A stretch of DNA of 64,000 nt from Obrimoposthia wandeli (taxonomy: Eukaryota): positions 1-64,000 of the forward strand of contig CDROCS010000294.1 in assembly GCA_977020255.1 (NCBI GenBank), written 5' to 3'. The first letter of the stretch is position 1. Each line of letters opens with the position of its first letter. This document shows, one piece after another, positions 47,301-60,462 of this stretch. The position numbers and the translations under genes are program-made. Below the pieces are notes generated by a model. That model was not told the DNA's origin. It did no database searches and saw only the letters and a list, made by a program, of their open reading frames with translations.

Positions 47301-47329
47301 GACCTGCAGTCCAATTTCCGTATTGTGCT

Positions 47330-47346
47330 CTAAGTCGAGCTCACCA
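47330..47346 (-). promoter_or_regulatory. Primer-binding site, tRNA-Trp-like (tentative)
   Basis: TGGTGAGCTCGACTTAG starts 1 nt inside the 5' LTR boundary; resembles the canonical Trp PBS TGGTGACCCCGACGTG with 4 mismatches. Confidence 0.7.
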
Positions 47347-47347
47347 A

Positions 47348-48251
47348 TGTTATATTTTGTTAATTTCCAATATATTCAGTTTTTCCAAAAATAATCCGCA
47401 ACTAATTTCTTGTATAATTGAATAGTTTTCTATAAATCTGAACGAATCTGAACAATTTGTTTTTGAAAATATATTTGACGGTATATAAATGGATAAAATT
47501 TTTCAGTGATAATAATCAAAATGGGATATATTTTTAAGAAAAATGAAATTGAATTATGGCAATACAAATCTGTCAGAGTGATAATTTTTAATAGCCAATA
47601 GAGATAAAATTTTTCCGTGTGTCCATTATAATGACGACGATTGCTATAAATAGCAATCGTCCAAATGTCAACTGGGCAAGGCTGATTCGCATAATGTCAG
47701 AGCAGAAAGAAACGAAATCCATGCGAGATCGACGATTGCTATAAATAGCAATCGTCTAAACACAGTTTTCGGTATTTTTTTAATCTTGGGGTTTCAATCA
47801 ATGGGTCCATGCAATCTTGTCATTAAGGGAATTTAGTTGCCATCAGGAGGGACTGCGAGTCGGCAGAGTGCGACCGATGGAGCACTGGAGGGAGCCAAGC
47901 GCACACAAACTCCCGGCACGCACGCACACACACATAGGATGATGCCGGCCGACCGGGACGACGTACACAGAACTGCGGACTGCGGAACCGGCCGAGAAAG
48001 GGCAAACCGCCGCCGCATCTGCTGCAAAGCTGGGCGAAAACCCCTGGCGGCCAAAACCACCCTTTATTTTCATCACTAAAAAAAAACAGCCGCCCTCCCG
48101 ATGAGCCTGGCAAGGCGAAACGGGCTAACAACCCGTCGGAGGCTGAGATTTGATAAACCTCCCTAATTGTGGGCACTTTAGATAATTTTAAAGAATGTCA
48201 ATTTAAATTGACTGTAATTTATTTTAATTAATTTTAATTAAAGACCCAACA
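47348..48251 (-). repeat. 5' LTR of element B
   Basis: Direct repeat of 33955-34858, adjacent to the PBS. Confidence 0.97.
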
Positions 48252-48282
48252 ATAATATTATCAATTTTTATTGTCTTAATCA

Positions 48283-48520
48283 AATCCAATTGTTGTTTCT
48301 GTAATAGAATATAGTCCTGATTAAGAATCAAATTATTGTTTCAGTAATAGATTATTGTCTGATTTCGAATCAAATTATTGTTTCAGTAATAGATTATTGT
48401 CTGATTTCGAATCAAATTATTGTTTCAGTAATAGATTATTGTCCTGATTTCGAATCCAATTATTGTTTCAGTAATAGATTATTGTCCTGAATTCGAATCA
48501 AATTATTGTTTCTGTAATTA
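48283..48520. repeat. About 42-43-bp minisatellite, 5-6 copies
   Basis: AATCAAATTATTGTTTCAGTAATAGATTATTGTC(C)TGATTTCG repeated in tandem. Confidence 0.88.
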
Positions 48521-49399
48521 TAATTATTTTGGTTAATTCAATTTTTGTATTTCTTCAATAATTTTGCTTTTGTGAAAAAATTGTGAAACGAGGCAAAACT
48601 AATAATTGTGATTACAAGTCTGCAAGTAGACTTTATATATGCCATTACATGTACGTTTTGGTAATATCACAAAGTTAAATTGGGCAGGTGGGAATTTGGT
48701 AGTGTGTGGCCTTCATTGATAATTTTCGCTGCCTGCTTGAATTATTATTAGACATGGTGTGGAGGAGAGCGATCTGGGCAGAGGAAACTGGTATTTCCCG
48801 GCTCTGCACACACACACACATGTGCAGCCGGGAAATTTCACCGTCTTTCAAAATTCTGGGCAGGTGGAAAATGCCAAAGTGCATATTTTATCTAAATAGA
48901 ACTTTTCCCTAATTAAGGAAAGTTCTTAATTAATTAATTAATTCTTATTTTTTAATTTTTTTATATATATTTTCATTTTTTTAAATAAATATTTATAAGA
49001 TATTCCCAACATTTTTACTTCATCAAACATTGAAGGGAGCATTCGAAAAACAACACTTGAGGCAAACTTTTATTTTTAACTTTCTGCAATTGATCTTTCT
49101 AAACCAATTTCAAATTCAAAACTTAATTATAAACTTTACCTTGGCTACGTCCACGCCAACCATAATCCATACAACCATAGCCGAATAACCATAACTTTAA
49201 AAAGCCAAGGTCATACGCTTTTTAAAATAACCTTTATTTTTCATCATTTTCAGAATCGTTTAAACGCGATGATTCACAATTATTTGTGTTAGACGAGAGA
49301 ATTAGTAAAACTGATTAAATGAGTTCAAAAAAGGGGAGCTAAGCTAAGTTCTAGACACCTTGACAAAAACAAAAACAAACAAAAGATCTCATGTTATCT

Positions 49400-49860
49400 G
49401 TGGTTCTTTTGCCTGAACAACACCAATAGTTTTTGTCTCTCATTTTCACCTCAGATGACAAATTGTTTGTTTACGTCAATGTTAGCCGGACAAAGAAGTG
49501 GTCATAAAAGCTAGCAACGAACTGATTCCAAGAAATCAAATACAAAATCTGTTGTGAACGACTTTATCGACCATAACGATACATTCACAGAAAAGCGTCC
49601 GAAAATATGAATCAAGTAATTGTGCTTCTTGACAATGCCCGTCCACATGCTGTATTTTCAGGAGCTTACTTGGAGATTCTACACATCTACCATATTCTCA
49701 TTTTTGCTTCAGTTTCGCTCATACTCAAACAAGCCGTCTAGAACCTCTTTTGTGGATACAACTGCACTTCAAAACTGGCCAAACGAGTTCTTGATCACCT
49801 AGCCACCTTTTCAAGACTACATTCCAAAAACTACCAGTGCGCTGGAATGATCATATATAA
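49400..49860 (+). mobile_element. Mariner transposase remnant
   Basis: VIVLLDNARPH followed by a degenerate WEILPHPPYS-like segment. Confidence 0.7.
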
Positions 49861-50902
49861 TTCAGAAGATTAAATTATTGATTAGTTATTCATTAAAATT
49901 TAATATTTAATTCCCTCTCAATTTTTTACTGGCAAATTTCTTATAAATAATATTTATTCTCTGATAAAACATACAGTAATAATAGTGGTTTCCTTCACTT
50001 GGATGGAAAACTTTGGATTTGTATTCAACATTTTGCGACATTTCATCATGTATCTGTCATTCTTCAACCATTAACTGACACTGCTCTCCTTTGAGGTCAG
50101 TTAATTTATGTAAATTTTATTCATTTACGTCAAACATCTTAGCAACGAATTAAAATAAACAAAATTTACATACATAATATAAATCTCAGTTGGAAAATTA
50201 AATTGAAAAAATACTTTAAAAATGGCATTAATGGTTTAATCGATTTCTCTCATATCTTTCAGGTGCTCCGACATTGGCTATGATTTCAAGCACTAAATAA
50301 CTGGATTTTAATAATTTAAACTGTAACGCATTTGCTTTCTTGAAGTCATTTAATTTTGATGATCTTTTTTTAGATTTTATTTCAAAATAATGGGTGTTTT
50401 TTATTCTGATGAATCTCCAATTTTACTTCTTTCATTGAATGGCTACACATAAATCCTAAATTAAAAATCTGTTAAAAATATACGGTTGCAATGTAAATTT
50501 AATTATGTATCACCGTTGACTTGCGTGATATAATCAATGAAATGAGTAAGGTGTAATGACATATTTGTGGATCTATGTTCTGTGCACTGACTAGTACAAG
50601 GTCAGTGATAGCGGGATATCCATCTATCAACATCAATCTGACTTCGTACCTTCTCCACAGTATTACTCAACTGACCTGCCCAATTTATAAGCGGTCATGT
50701 GATCCCTATCTCTGACAATGCACTTATATAGTTGTCATATCCACTTTTGCTGAGCAGCAACTGTTGCTCTTGTCGGGACAATATTCTATTCCTTTCGCAA
50801 TGTGACTCAATACAACTTCCGCAATATTGGCATGTTCATTTCGCTTGTTACAGACGAAATCTCCGTCAATATCATCAATAAATTTAGGAACCGGTTTCAG
50901 AT

Positions 50903-52940
50903 CAGGGGCGCAACCAGAAATTCTTATTGGGGGTGCAAAAAAGATTTTTTTAAAAATTGATTTCGTTATTTTATTATATTGTTGAGGTTTCTATATGAAA
51001 CTACTAGATAGATCCTCGGATGGAGGCCCCCAACGTGAGTTCTATAGCAATAGGGCTTGTAGTTGTTCGTGGCCTATTTAGATTTTAATCTTACCTGTTT
51101 CAATTTCTAATCTGAAGGTTTTGTTTTTAGTCTGTGTTGTGGAGATGTGTAAAGAGTTGTATGAACGGGGTACTGGAAATTTCCCTTATTGTGGTGTAGT
51201 GTATGGCGGGTTGGTACCTGCCTGGTCGTAGGGGTTTGTTCAATTCAACGCTGCTTAATTGTAGGAAAACTTTATTCTCTAAACTCATTCTAAGTAGGTT
51301 CCTAGAAATTACAACAATTAATCCTAACTATTTCACTAAACTTCACACAAATGGGGATGTCCTAATGTATTGATTTCAATCGGCTTAATAATTTCAGAGG
51401 TCCTGTTATTATTCTCTGAACTGACCTTACTCAGTGAATCAATAGTTATAAATTTCAAATGCAGATTCGGTTTTCCTGTTTCACTTGTGTAAAACTAACA
51501 ATTACAATTATAAATTATTCAAATCAGCTATAAATTTCAAATGCGAATAATACAATTATAAATCACAATTTATAATCCCAGATAATTTTAATATTTGATT
51601 AGGTCTTTTTCACCTTTATTGTCCGGTATCGAATGACCCACAGAGACTGGCCGGAATTTTCCGTCAAGATGCTAGAGTCCTAGAGTCTGTCAATTTGTCC
51701 TGGTAGTCCGGTCCTTGTTTCTCTTCTTTATCCTCTTTGTCTTCAAATCAAGGTCTTGTTCCGATAATCCAATTTTCCCTATCTTCTGCGAAATCCGAGT
51801 CCTAGATTTCAGCAATTTTCTTTTTTCTCTATATAATCCTTATTTTCTGTATTTATAGCCAATTACCTGAAACGAAAACAATTAGATTAATGGAAGCTAA
51901 ATATTTCTTACCTCAAAGTAATGTCGTTGATGGATATCGTCTACCAGATGGTTGATTCCCGTGAATCAATTATGCTCCTACGGCTTGTAAAAGGATAACT
52001 TGACTGTCAATTAGTTGTAAATGGAAATCGTCTACCAGCTGATGGATTTCCCAGCTTTTGTCGTCTTCTCTTTTAATGATTTCTTGCTTCCTTAATTTCT
52101 GCCTGTTCTTTATTATCGTTTTTCGTTTTTTGGGCCCTTTTAATATTATATAAACTCTTATATATCTCACATCATACACTTGACCTTTTCAAAGTCCTAA
52201 AATACTTTTTGATTTTATTATAGTTAATTTTAAATTCCATTTCAATTTTATTTTTAACCTTGCTTTCAAGGTTTTATTTTCTTATCTAAATAAATAATTA
52301 TTTTCTATAAATATTAAAATCCTAATCCTAACAATATAACAAAGTCTTGTCTTCTTTTAGTTTTAGAAAACAAATTAAAAATTTCATTTTCATCCACTGT
52401 AACACTTTCTTAATTATATAATAAAGCTAATCCATTTAATCTTTCTTGTGCAGTTGAATTTCTTAAATACGTTTTGAAGTATTTAATCGTTGAAAAAGAC
52501 ATCTCTGCACTGCAGGTTGTCACCGGTAATGTTGCTAATATCTTTAAAGTTTGTATATATTGGGAAATATTTCAGGATTACAAAGTTGTAAATTGTCTAT
52601 TGCACAGTTTGGCATTTCTTCTACTGAATCTTTAAATTTTCTTTTCCACAAGTTATATTCAGCAATTAAGGTGTTTTCATTACAGTTTGGCAAATCAAAT
52701 GGATATCTGGAAATTAATATTTTAAGCTTTGCTTCATAATCGAGATTATTTTTTCCGGGCATTAAAATGTTTCTTCGGGCATCGACTGTATTTCTTTGTG
52801 TTTCAAAAATCTTTCGTCTAAATGTGTTACAATTTCATCTAACATTTCGTAAATATATTGATAAATTCATTTTATTATAAATTTGAATTCGAAAATTTGG
52901 GGCTGCAAATGCACCTTTGCACCTTCTAGTTGCGCTAGTG
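50903..52940 (-). mobile_element. Non-autonomous hAT element with 8-bp TSD TTTCAGAT, containing a nested solo LTR
   Basis: Imperfect TIRs CAGGGGCGCAACCAGAA / TTCTAGTTGCGCTAGTG; TSD at 50895-50902 and 52941-52948; FPNIYKL...ILATLPVTTCSAEMSFSTIKYFKTYLRNST...RLNGLALL at about 52400-52760. Confidence 0.9.
50980..52333 (-). mobile_element. Solo LTR related to LTR A, TSD ATAT
   Basis: TG...CA; ATAT at 50976-50979 and 52334-52337; ends homologous to LTR A and to 32233-33865. Confidence 0.87.
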
Positions 52941-54774
52941 TTTCAGATCATCCATTCTACAATCTCTCTGTTAATATCCACTCCAGCTCCAATTACTTGT
53001 ATCATATAATAGAACACATCTACTGCACATTTTCCTTTGACTGAATCAACAAATTGTAAGCATGCATATCACCACCAGAATTTGTTTAGCATAGTTTCCA
53101 ATGTCGTCTTCTCAGTATACTCCATCTGGGTAAGCCGAGGATTCTAAAATCTGTGTGGTCTTTGATCACCGAAAGTTTGTAAAAAGAAAGTGCAAGAATA
53201 ATTAAAATTTTATTTCGTGTAGTAAACGATTAATTTAAACAAAATAAAGCACAAAACGCATTGATGAGAATTTTTTTTTATTTTCTATATAGCAAAATAT
53301 TAGTCCCCACATTTTTGTATCACATAATCAAATGATATTAATTTATTTTGAAAATGTTGTTAATATGTATGTTTACTAATGATTTTAATGCTGTTTTGAC
53401 ACTATAGTACATATAAATATAAATTAAATATTGTAGTATAAAGTACTGCTAAATAGTGCTATGGTGTCTTGGCATTTTTTGTTGCAATGTGCAAAATTTA
53501 TACTCACATTTTCTTTACTAAAACGTGAAAAAATTAAATTTTTGATTACATTTCTTCCAATACTAAAAAAATAATGTTGACAGCCGAAATTGCTTTAAAA
53601 GCAATTGCAACATTTGATAATTAGTGATCGGAGTACACGCAGCTGTTACGTGCCTGTTTGGGCCATAATAATTTGATAGTAGTAATACAGGCTTTGTTCC
53701 CTTCTCCGAAAATGAACAGAGCCAGAACACCACAATAGACCCGGTGACTATGTTTGTTTATCGTGGATTTGCTTGATGGAGGGAGCTAGTGTCCGTTAGA
53801 GAGTGTAGTTACAACAATGGGTGTTACATGATGAGCCAGAGTTGCACTTGTGAAATAATTATCACAACTAAATTTGTGTATTTTATCAAGTTAGCTATAA
53901 ATAAAAATAAAATGTTTAAATAATACATAAAATCAAATTATTGATTTACTTCTAATCACTTAATAAAAAATACTTTTTAAAAATTTACGACAAAAACCTT
54001 CTTAATATTTTAATTGTCACATTTATTCATCACCTTCTTCATTTAAATGTGTCATATCCTCTGTCTGAATTTGGAAGTATCGGCTCCTACATATACAACA
54101 GTTCTTAGAGCTTCATTTACCAAAATAATTCTATTTGGTTATTATATTTAAGTCAATCCATCATTGAAGGGATGTAACACGTGTGTCAGAGAAAATAGTT
54201 TGTCAGTTCAATCTAGTCCTGATGGATTTTCAAATTGTAGGGAATATTTTATTTGAAATTTCCGTTTATAGGTCATTGTTTTAATGTGGGCCTTGAAAAT
54301 ACCAGCAATCCTCTTGCAATTTTGATATAAAATTTTACTCAATTATGGATTTAAAGATTTAAAAGAGGTTCAATTCTGCTTGATGAATGCAGTCCAAAAT
54401 GAAAACCTGATCGTTCACGGACAATATTTATTTGAATTTGAAAACAAATCGAACAACAGTTCATTGTCGACGAGATGTTGATCAATTACTGTAGAAAAGG
54501 TCGAAATGACGATCGGCTTTAAATATTTATTACGACTGATATAAAAGAATATTCAAACAAGCAAACACTCGTAGAATATTCTACTGCGTTATCAATATGG
54601 AGAATGCGTCACATAGTCTCCTAAAATATAAATACACGAAAAAACGGAAGTTTTCCCGATTACGCATGTGATGTCGGAGTAACTTACCGATGGTGTCTAA
54701 TGCTCAAATTCGACGAGGAGCTGTAGCGTTTTTGAGCAACCCGATCAGGTCGCGATCAGTTTGAACAAACATAC

Positions 54775-55010
54775 TGAGTCAACTATCAGGGAGTCGGCCA
54801 GTTTGATCAGAGACTTAATCAACTATCAGAGAGTCGACCAGTTGATCAGACAGACTTGGTCAACTATCATTGAGTCGGCCAGTTAATCAGACAGACTTGT
54901 TCAACTATCAGTGAGTCGGCCAGTTGATCAGACAGACTTGTTCAACTATCAGTGAGTCGGCCAGTTGATCAGACAGACTTGGTCAACTATCAGTGAGTCG
55001 GAGTCGAACC
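54775..55010. repeat. About 39-bp minisatellite x6
   Basis: GACTTGKTCAACTATCAGTGAGTCGGCCAGTTGATCAGACA units. Confidence 0.88.
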
Positions 55011-56599
55011 GGTTTGGGGTTGTTACTGTTGGAAAGCCTCAGAAATTGTCGACCGCATCGTTGTTCTCCATCAAATGAAAAAAAAATGACTAGCCTTGAC
55101 AAACTCCGCTGTCGTGCTCACTAATATGGAGAACGAATAGCAACGTTATTCAAATATTTATTTCAGCTGACAGGAAAGAATATTTAAACAAGCAAACCTT
55201 TGTAGAATATTCTATTGCCTCATCAATATGGGAATACATCACATCTCATTTGATCTAATTTTTGTAGGAAGTTATTATCCTCAACTGAGTCCGCTGATGC
55301 ATCGACTATTGAGCAGCGACATCATCTTCTTCTGGAAGTCTTAGATCCACCACACTAAGTAAATGGATACTACAGCTGTTAAATATATATAAAGAACACA
55401 AAAGAAAAATTGTAAACTTAAAAATATTTATAAAATAATTAGTTAATTATAAATGTACATTTGTATGAAGTTTACTTGCTTATGTACCAATAAAAATAAT
55501 TTTACCCATTGGGAATATAACCTTAAAATCTTTAAATTATGTTTTTCATATATTATTGAAACATATTTAAATATATTTTATTGACAGAAAAAGAGAGTTT
55601 GTGTTTCGGAGCGGAGGATAGAGTATAAAAACATAAAACTTCATAGATTCTTTATTGAAACATAAACTATAATTCATCATAACAACTTGACTTCGATACA
55701 TAATCACTTACATTTACATTACTTTTTTTATCACCAAGGTTAACTTAAATTAACCTGTTAAAACACATAAAATTTTACAGAAAAAGATGACTTCCATTAC
55801 CAGATCCATTACCCGCCCATCATCGTCATCTCACTGCCCACTATTGAAAGTTTCTAAAAGTATTTTAATATATTTAATTCTTTCGGAGGTTCTTCAACAG
55901 TTTATGTTTATGGTTGCATTTGAACCTTAAAATAAAACGGAACTGTTAAGCTCTTAATATATATATTTACTAATTTCCTTTTTTCAATTTATACCAACTT
56001 TTGACATTTATTGGAAATCTTCGGGTTTAATATAATATTCAGAATAATCACTTTCAATCATATTGATTTCATAATTATAAGGTGACTCATAATTACTTTC
56101 AAACCCCCTATTGGCCATATAAATGTCTTCCAATAGTTGTAAAAAGTTCCTGTTTCCTTCTGACAATTTTAAATTTTCTATAACATTGTAAAAAAAAAAT
56201 TTAAAGAGGTACTTATGTAGTTGGTATGTGTTAAAAAATTGTATATAGATCAAAGTGACTCATAATTAGAACTCTAAATTCAAGATGATCAATATAGAAA
56301 TAAGTAGTTACAATTATTTTAAATTTATACTTGCTGACTCATTTAAATTCAAACATTACTTTTGGTAAAATTTATTCAAGAAAATGCATGTAAAATAAAA
56401 ATAACTTATAGTATTGTTCTTTTTTTAACTATTTTCCAAATGCTACACGTTTTCCAGTGATGATGGGAGAAAATCTTTCAACAATTATAGTTTTCAAGTA
56501 CTCAATTGTCTTTTGATTGTATAATGCAAACCAACAATACATACGTTTCAACTAAGCACTAATGTGAGTTAAATCGGCTAGCTATATGTCGTCCGACAC

Positions 56600-56830
56600 A
56601 CTTATTGACACCTTACTTTCCGCAAACTCTTCATATGTACCAGGAGTCGAGGGAAAGGCATTTAGTAAGCTTGGGTTTAACGTTCGTTTCATTATCATAA
56701 GCTTTGATAAACTAAACTGGCTCCTTCAGCCAGAAACAGGGACGAAATTCAGCAACTCATCTGAATGCGAGCAACTAATTCGAGTTTTTGCAACCAACTT
56801 GCAAATTCACTCCTATTCGCTCCTATCATA
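56600..56830 (-). pseudogene. Ty3/gypsy gag remnant of another family
   Basis: FASWLQKLELVARIQ and DELLNFVP/FLAEGASLVYQSL across frameshifts. Confidence 0.5.
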
Positions 56831-57599
56831 TTGAAAATTGTATCTTTAAAATTCCTTTTTTGGTGGTTTTTCCATAAATACTTGCGCAATAGCTTGTTAA
56901 ACAAACAGGATAGCCAGAAATTTGAATGATTTTTTTATCTGCACAGTATACTCATTCATACAAACGTTAGAAATAAAATAGTTTCTCTTGATTTTTGTAT
57001 TGGTGCATTGTCATGTTGAAATATTTTACTTACAAATATATTTCCCTAAACACTAAATATTACAATAAATTTATCTTTTTAAAATCGTTGAAAACGTTGT
57101 GTTAAGACAATTTTCCAAATTACTTCAATAGTCAACATAAAGCTAAAGTTCATTCTATAATTTACAAAATATACAATTGATTCACCTTAAAGTTATTCTA
57201 TTTAGAATAATGTACGAAAAGCTGACTGCTAACTAAAGCCATATTTGGTTTGCTTATAAAACATTATTCAGATTAGTATAATATATGAGAAACCAATTTA
57301 TTTGAAGGATTTATTAATATTGAAGTAAATTTCAAATTTTATTAATATGTAATATTTTAAATGACCTTTAAAACTTCAACAAATTTCAATGTATAAATAA
57401 ATTTAGAAGAATGTTAAGGAACTTATGAAGAATTCCTGTGATGTCTAGACAAAATCGTGTGTCAACAAGTTCAATTCTGTAAAGCATTCTTTGATGCACA
57501 TTTGAATAATGCGTGATCATTAGATTCTGGCGCTATATACATATCTTTTGTCTCAGCTTATCATGAAAACTGTACATATGAAGTACTACTAGATTACCG

Positions 57600-57802
57600 A
57601 TGCCTCTGCATCGTGCAGTACTGCGGACTCAGTTGGCGGAACAACTGCGCTGTATGGACTCCAAGTGGGAGATGGACTGTGCCTATCTGGGCGACCTCGT
57701 GGACTTCTACAAGAAGCGAGCCGTCCTGGAGCAGGAGTATTCCGACTCGCTCAACAAACTCGTTCAGAGCTGCAAACAGAAACTCAATACCGAGACCACC
57801 AA
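57600..57802 (+). CDS. srGAP: Host srGAP-family F-BAR gene, coding exon
   Basis: LRTQLAEQLRCMDSKWEMDCAYLGDLVDFYKKRAVLEQEYSDSLNKL resembles srGAP IRAQL-x-EQ-x-KCLD...LQDFFRKKAEIE-x-DYSRNL; donor AA|GTACGT, phase 2. The start codon is uncertain. Confidence 0.8.
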
Positions 57803-58509
57803 GTACGTTCCCATCAGACTATTTGTGTCTTTGTTATCATAGGTGAAACCGGACATTGGTCTGCAAATTAAAAAGGTTTAAAATGAAAATTCTAAAAGGG
57901 AAAAAGTTTCAATAATTTGGAGGATACAATGATTACAAGAGTGAAATTTAAGAGTATGATATTCTCAATAAATGAATCATCACATGATATCTTCGGTCAA
58001 AGGTCAAAGGTTAATGATAGAACAAACTGATGCTGCTTGAATAAAGGTGTTGACTCGAAATATTTTTAGCGCATTTATTACTTTTTTAATTTACATTAAA
58101 ATATTAAAAATAGGGATTCTCTGTTTAAAATTCGCGCACTATGCGTCTGGCTTCACTGGTGTGAAAAATGTTTGTGGGATAAAAACACCCACATGAATAC
58201 AGTAGTGATCATTAATTTTTAATGAAACCAATGTGTTTGGTTCACAAAACATCAATATCCATTAACTAATAACTGACTCTGCTGTAGACATTTTCCGGCA
58301 TATGGAAGCTGTCATTTATCTCAGAAAATGTGAAGTTTAATACATTTTCTACCAGTCCTCCACCTACATTCTTCCAAATCAACGTACATTAGCATAAAAC
58401 AACATGTCAAATTCATGATGTTCAACAAGTAGCTTTAGAACTTTGAATTTTAATCATTGTTCATTGTTTAATTTTTGCCCTAATTTAGCACGTATAACCT
58501 AATTGCTTT

Positions 58510-58690
58510 CTGGTGGCAAGCATTTAACAATACCAGACAGAATTAAAATTATAGAATGCAAGCATAAGTTTTACTCACCAGTTATGTTCCAAAAGTTACG
58601 GAAGAAAAAATGAAACTGCGCCGTCAAGCCGTGAAACAATATAAACAGTTTTTAACAAATTTAAGGCTACTGGTAGTGTAGTAGATATTA
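58510..58690 (+). mobile_element. Possible Tc1/mariner N-terminal remnant in the srGAP intron
   Basis: GKHLTIPDRIKIIE and KFKATGSVVD fragments only. Confidence 0.35.
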
Positions 58691-60296
58691 AAATACAAAT
58701 TTACAAGTGTTTTTAATATAACATCTAATAAAATGTGCAGACTTGTGCGTAATTCATCAATGCTAAAAGAAAACAATTTGAACATTTATAATATGTTGGG
58801 AATTTCGGTTCAAGAAATTATATTTAGTATTTCAGTTAAATGAATTTGAAGTTGTAAAGCTACTTATTGAACACTGTATTTGGAAACATTCTGTTTTTGG
58901 GCTTTTCTTCATAGATTTTGTTGGTTCGCATTCTATTGAGAGTTTTATAAAAAGGTTTCATCTTTGTCTTGTAGCTACTTCAGTTTAGCTATTTCTGATC
59001 AGTTCTTTTCTTGTTTTGAATGTAGTCAAAGCACTTTTGATACATTAATTCAGAATTGGTTTCTTACAGATTTGCTTTTTATCCGAAATTGCTTCCGTGT
59101 CTTCCCTTTTTTGTTCCAATTAGAATTTTGCAGTTTCTTAAGCCAGCAATTGTTCATTGAATATTCCTCATATTTTGTGATTTTGTAAATTTGATACGAA
59201 AATTTTGTATAAATTTTTTTGACTTAAATTAACACCCCTAAATTTTGTAACTGTTCTCTGAAACTCCAGTTATAAAAAGGATAATAAAATGATTTTTTGG
59301 ATAAAATTTAATTTAGATTTAGTAGAATTAAATTAGACAAAAGATTTTTAATGGAAATTTAGAAAATATATAAAAGTTTAGGAGTCCCATTTAAAACTTA
59401 ATAATTGATCCCTATTGTCTTGAATCTGATCTTTCTCGTTACGATATCACTCAAAGTAGCGTAGAGAGGCGATTGAAAGAGTCTGGGGACAGTACTCACT
59501 GACATACACTGATACACAAAACTCATTCGGAAATGACGAAGAGTAAAAGACGTGCCATGAAATTCTGGATCATCCACACCAAGAGCTTTAAACCATTTTG
59601 AGAAGCGCTGTTCCTGATCTTCGGCTAGTTGACATTTGTTGTCAGTAAAAAGCGACAAGAGTAAATCAGATTATTTTTATGCATGATCCGATTTCAGCAA
59701 TGTATGTGACTGCTTGTAATGACCACCGACACAACTCCATGACATACCATCAGTAGGTGCTCAATTTACAATCCTGACAAAGGGTTTTAAAGTATCAAAA
59801 GAGATTTCAAACATGAGAAATCCGATGAATTTACCTCTCGTTCTGATACAATCGCTTCAAGATCAATGAACCGATTAGTTGCGCTATTTCATTGTGTCTC
59901 ACAAAATTGAAGTATGTCTTGATCGGATGCTTCATCTCGTGACTACAACTTAAGTTTAACTTTTCAATATTAAATAATTTGTTAAAACTATTAAATATAT
60001 GAAAAAAATGTTGAAATGTAGAAATAGTTTTTGAATAAAACACTAGAATCTTCAAAAGTATGTCATTAACAATTTTCTTCATTAACAATGAAGAATGTGT
60101 AATTTTCTATCAGGATTACATGCATTTTGAATCCACATTTGATCTATTAACAGTTTTTGTGTTTCTCATTTTCTCTATAGATAAAGTTTTTTCTCTTGTC
60201 ACGGCTAAATATTTTGTTGTTTACATGTTATGGCTTGTCTTCACCCAGTGTATGTTGTGTTGCGATGGCCGTGAGATGAGTGCTGGTGGCATGCAG

Positions 60297-60462
60297 ACGC
60301 CAAAACTGGCCCAAGTACTCGTATCACTCGCTGCTGACGGTACTACTGGAGAGCACCAATCAGACCGCGGTGGCTCATCAGGTGGCCTCAGAAATCTACT
60401 CACGTCAGATGACGCAGCGGCTCCAGGACCTGCAGGAGGATTGCACCAGGGCGCACAAGCAG
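60297..60462 (+). CDS. srGAP: Host srGAP-family F-BAR gene, next exon
   Basis: Acceptor ATGCAG|A joins in phase 2 (AA+A = Lys) to give TKRQNWPKYSYHSLL...QVASEIYSRQMTQRLQDLQEDCTRAHKQ; donor CAG|GTGTGT. Confidence 0.8.

Larger units (their letters stand above)
33955..48251 (-). mobile_element. Element B: near-intact 14.3-kb envelope-bearing Ty3/gypsy element
   Basis: Two 904-bp LTRs (I saw 4 substitutions between them), TG...CA ends, 4-bp TSD ATAA (33951-33954 and 48252-48255), PBS, gag-G-pol and accessory ORFs. Confidence 0.97.

Noticed and set aside
59398-59700. Possible tyrosine-recombinase remnant (RFSKWFKALGVD...F...LRHFR)
   Set aside because: The catalytic R-H-R-H/W-Y pattern cannot be recovered; resemblance too weak without a search.
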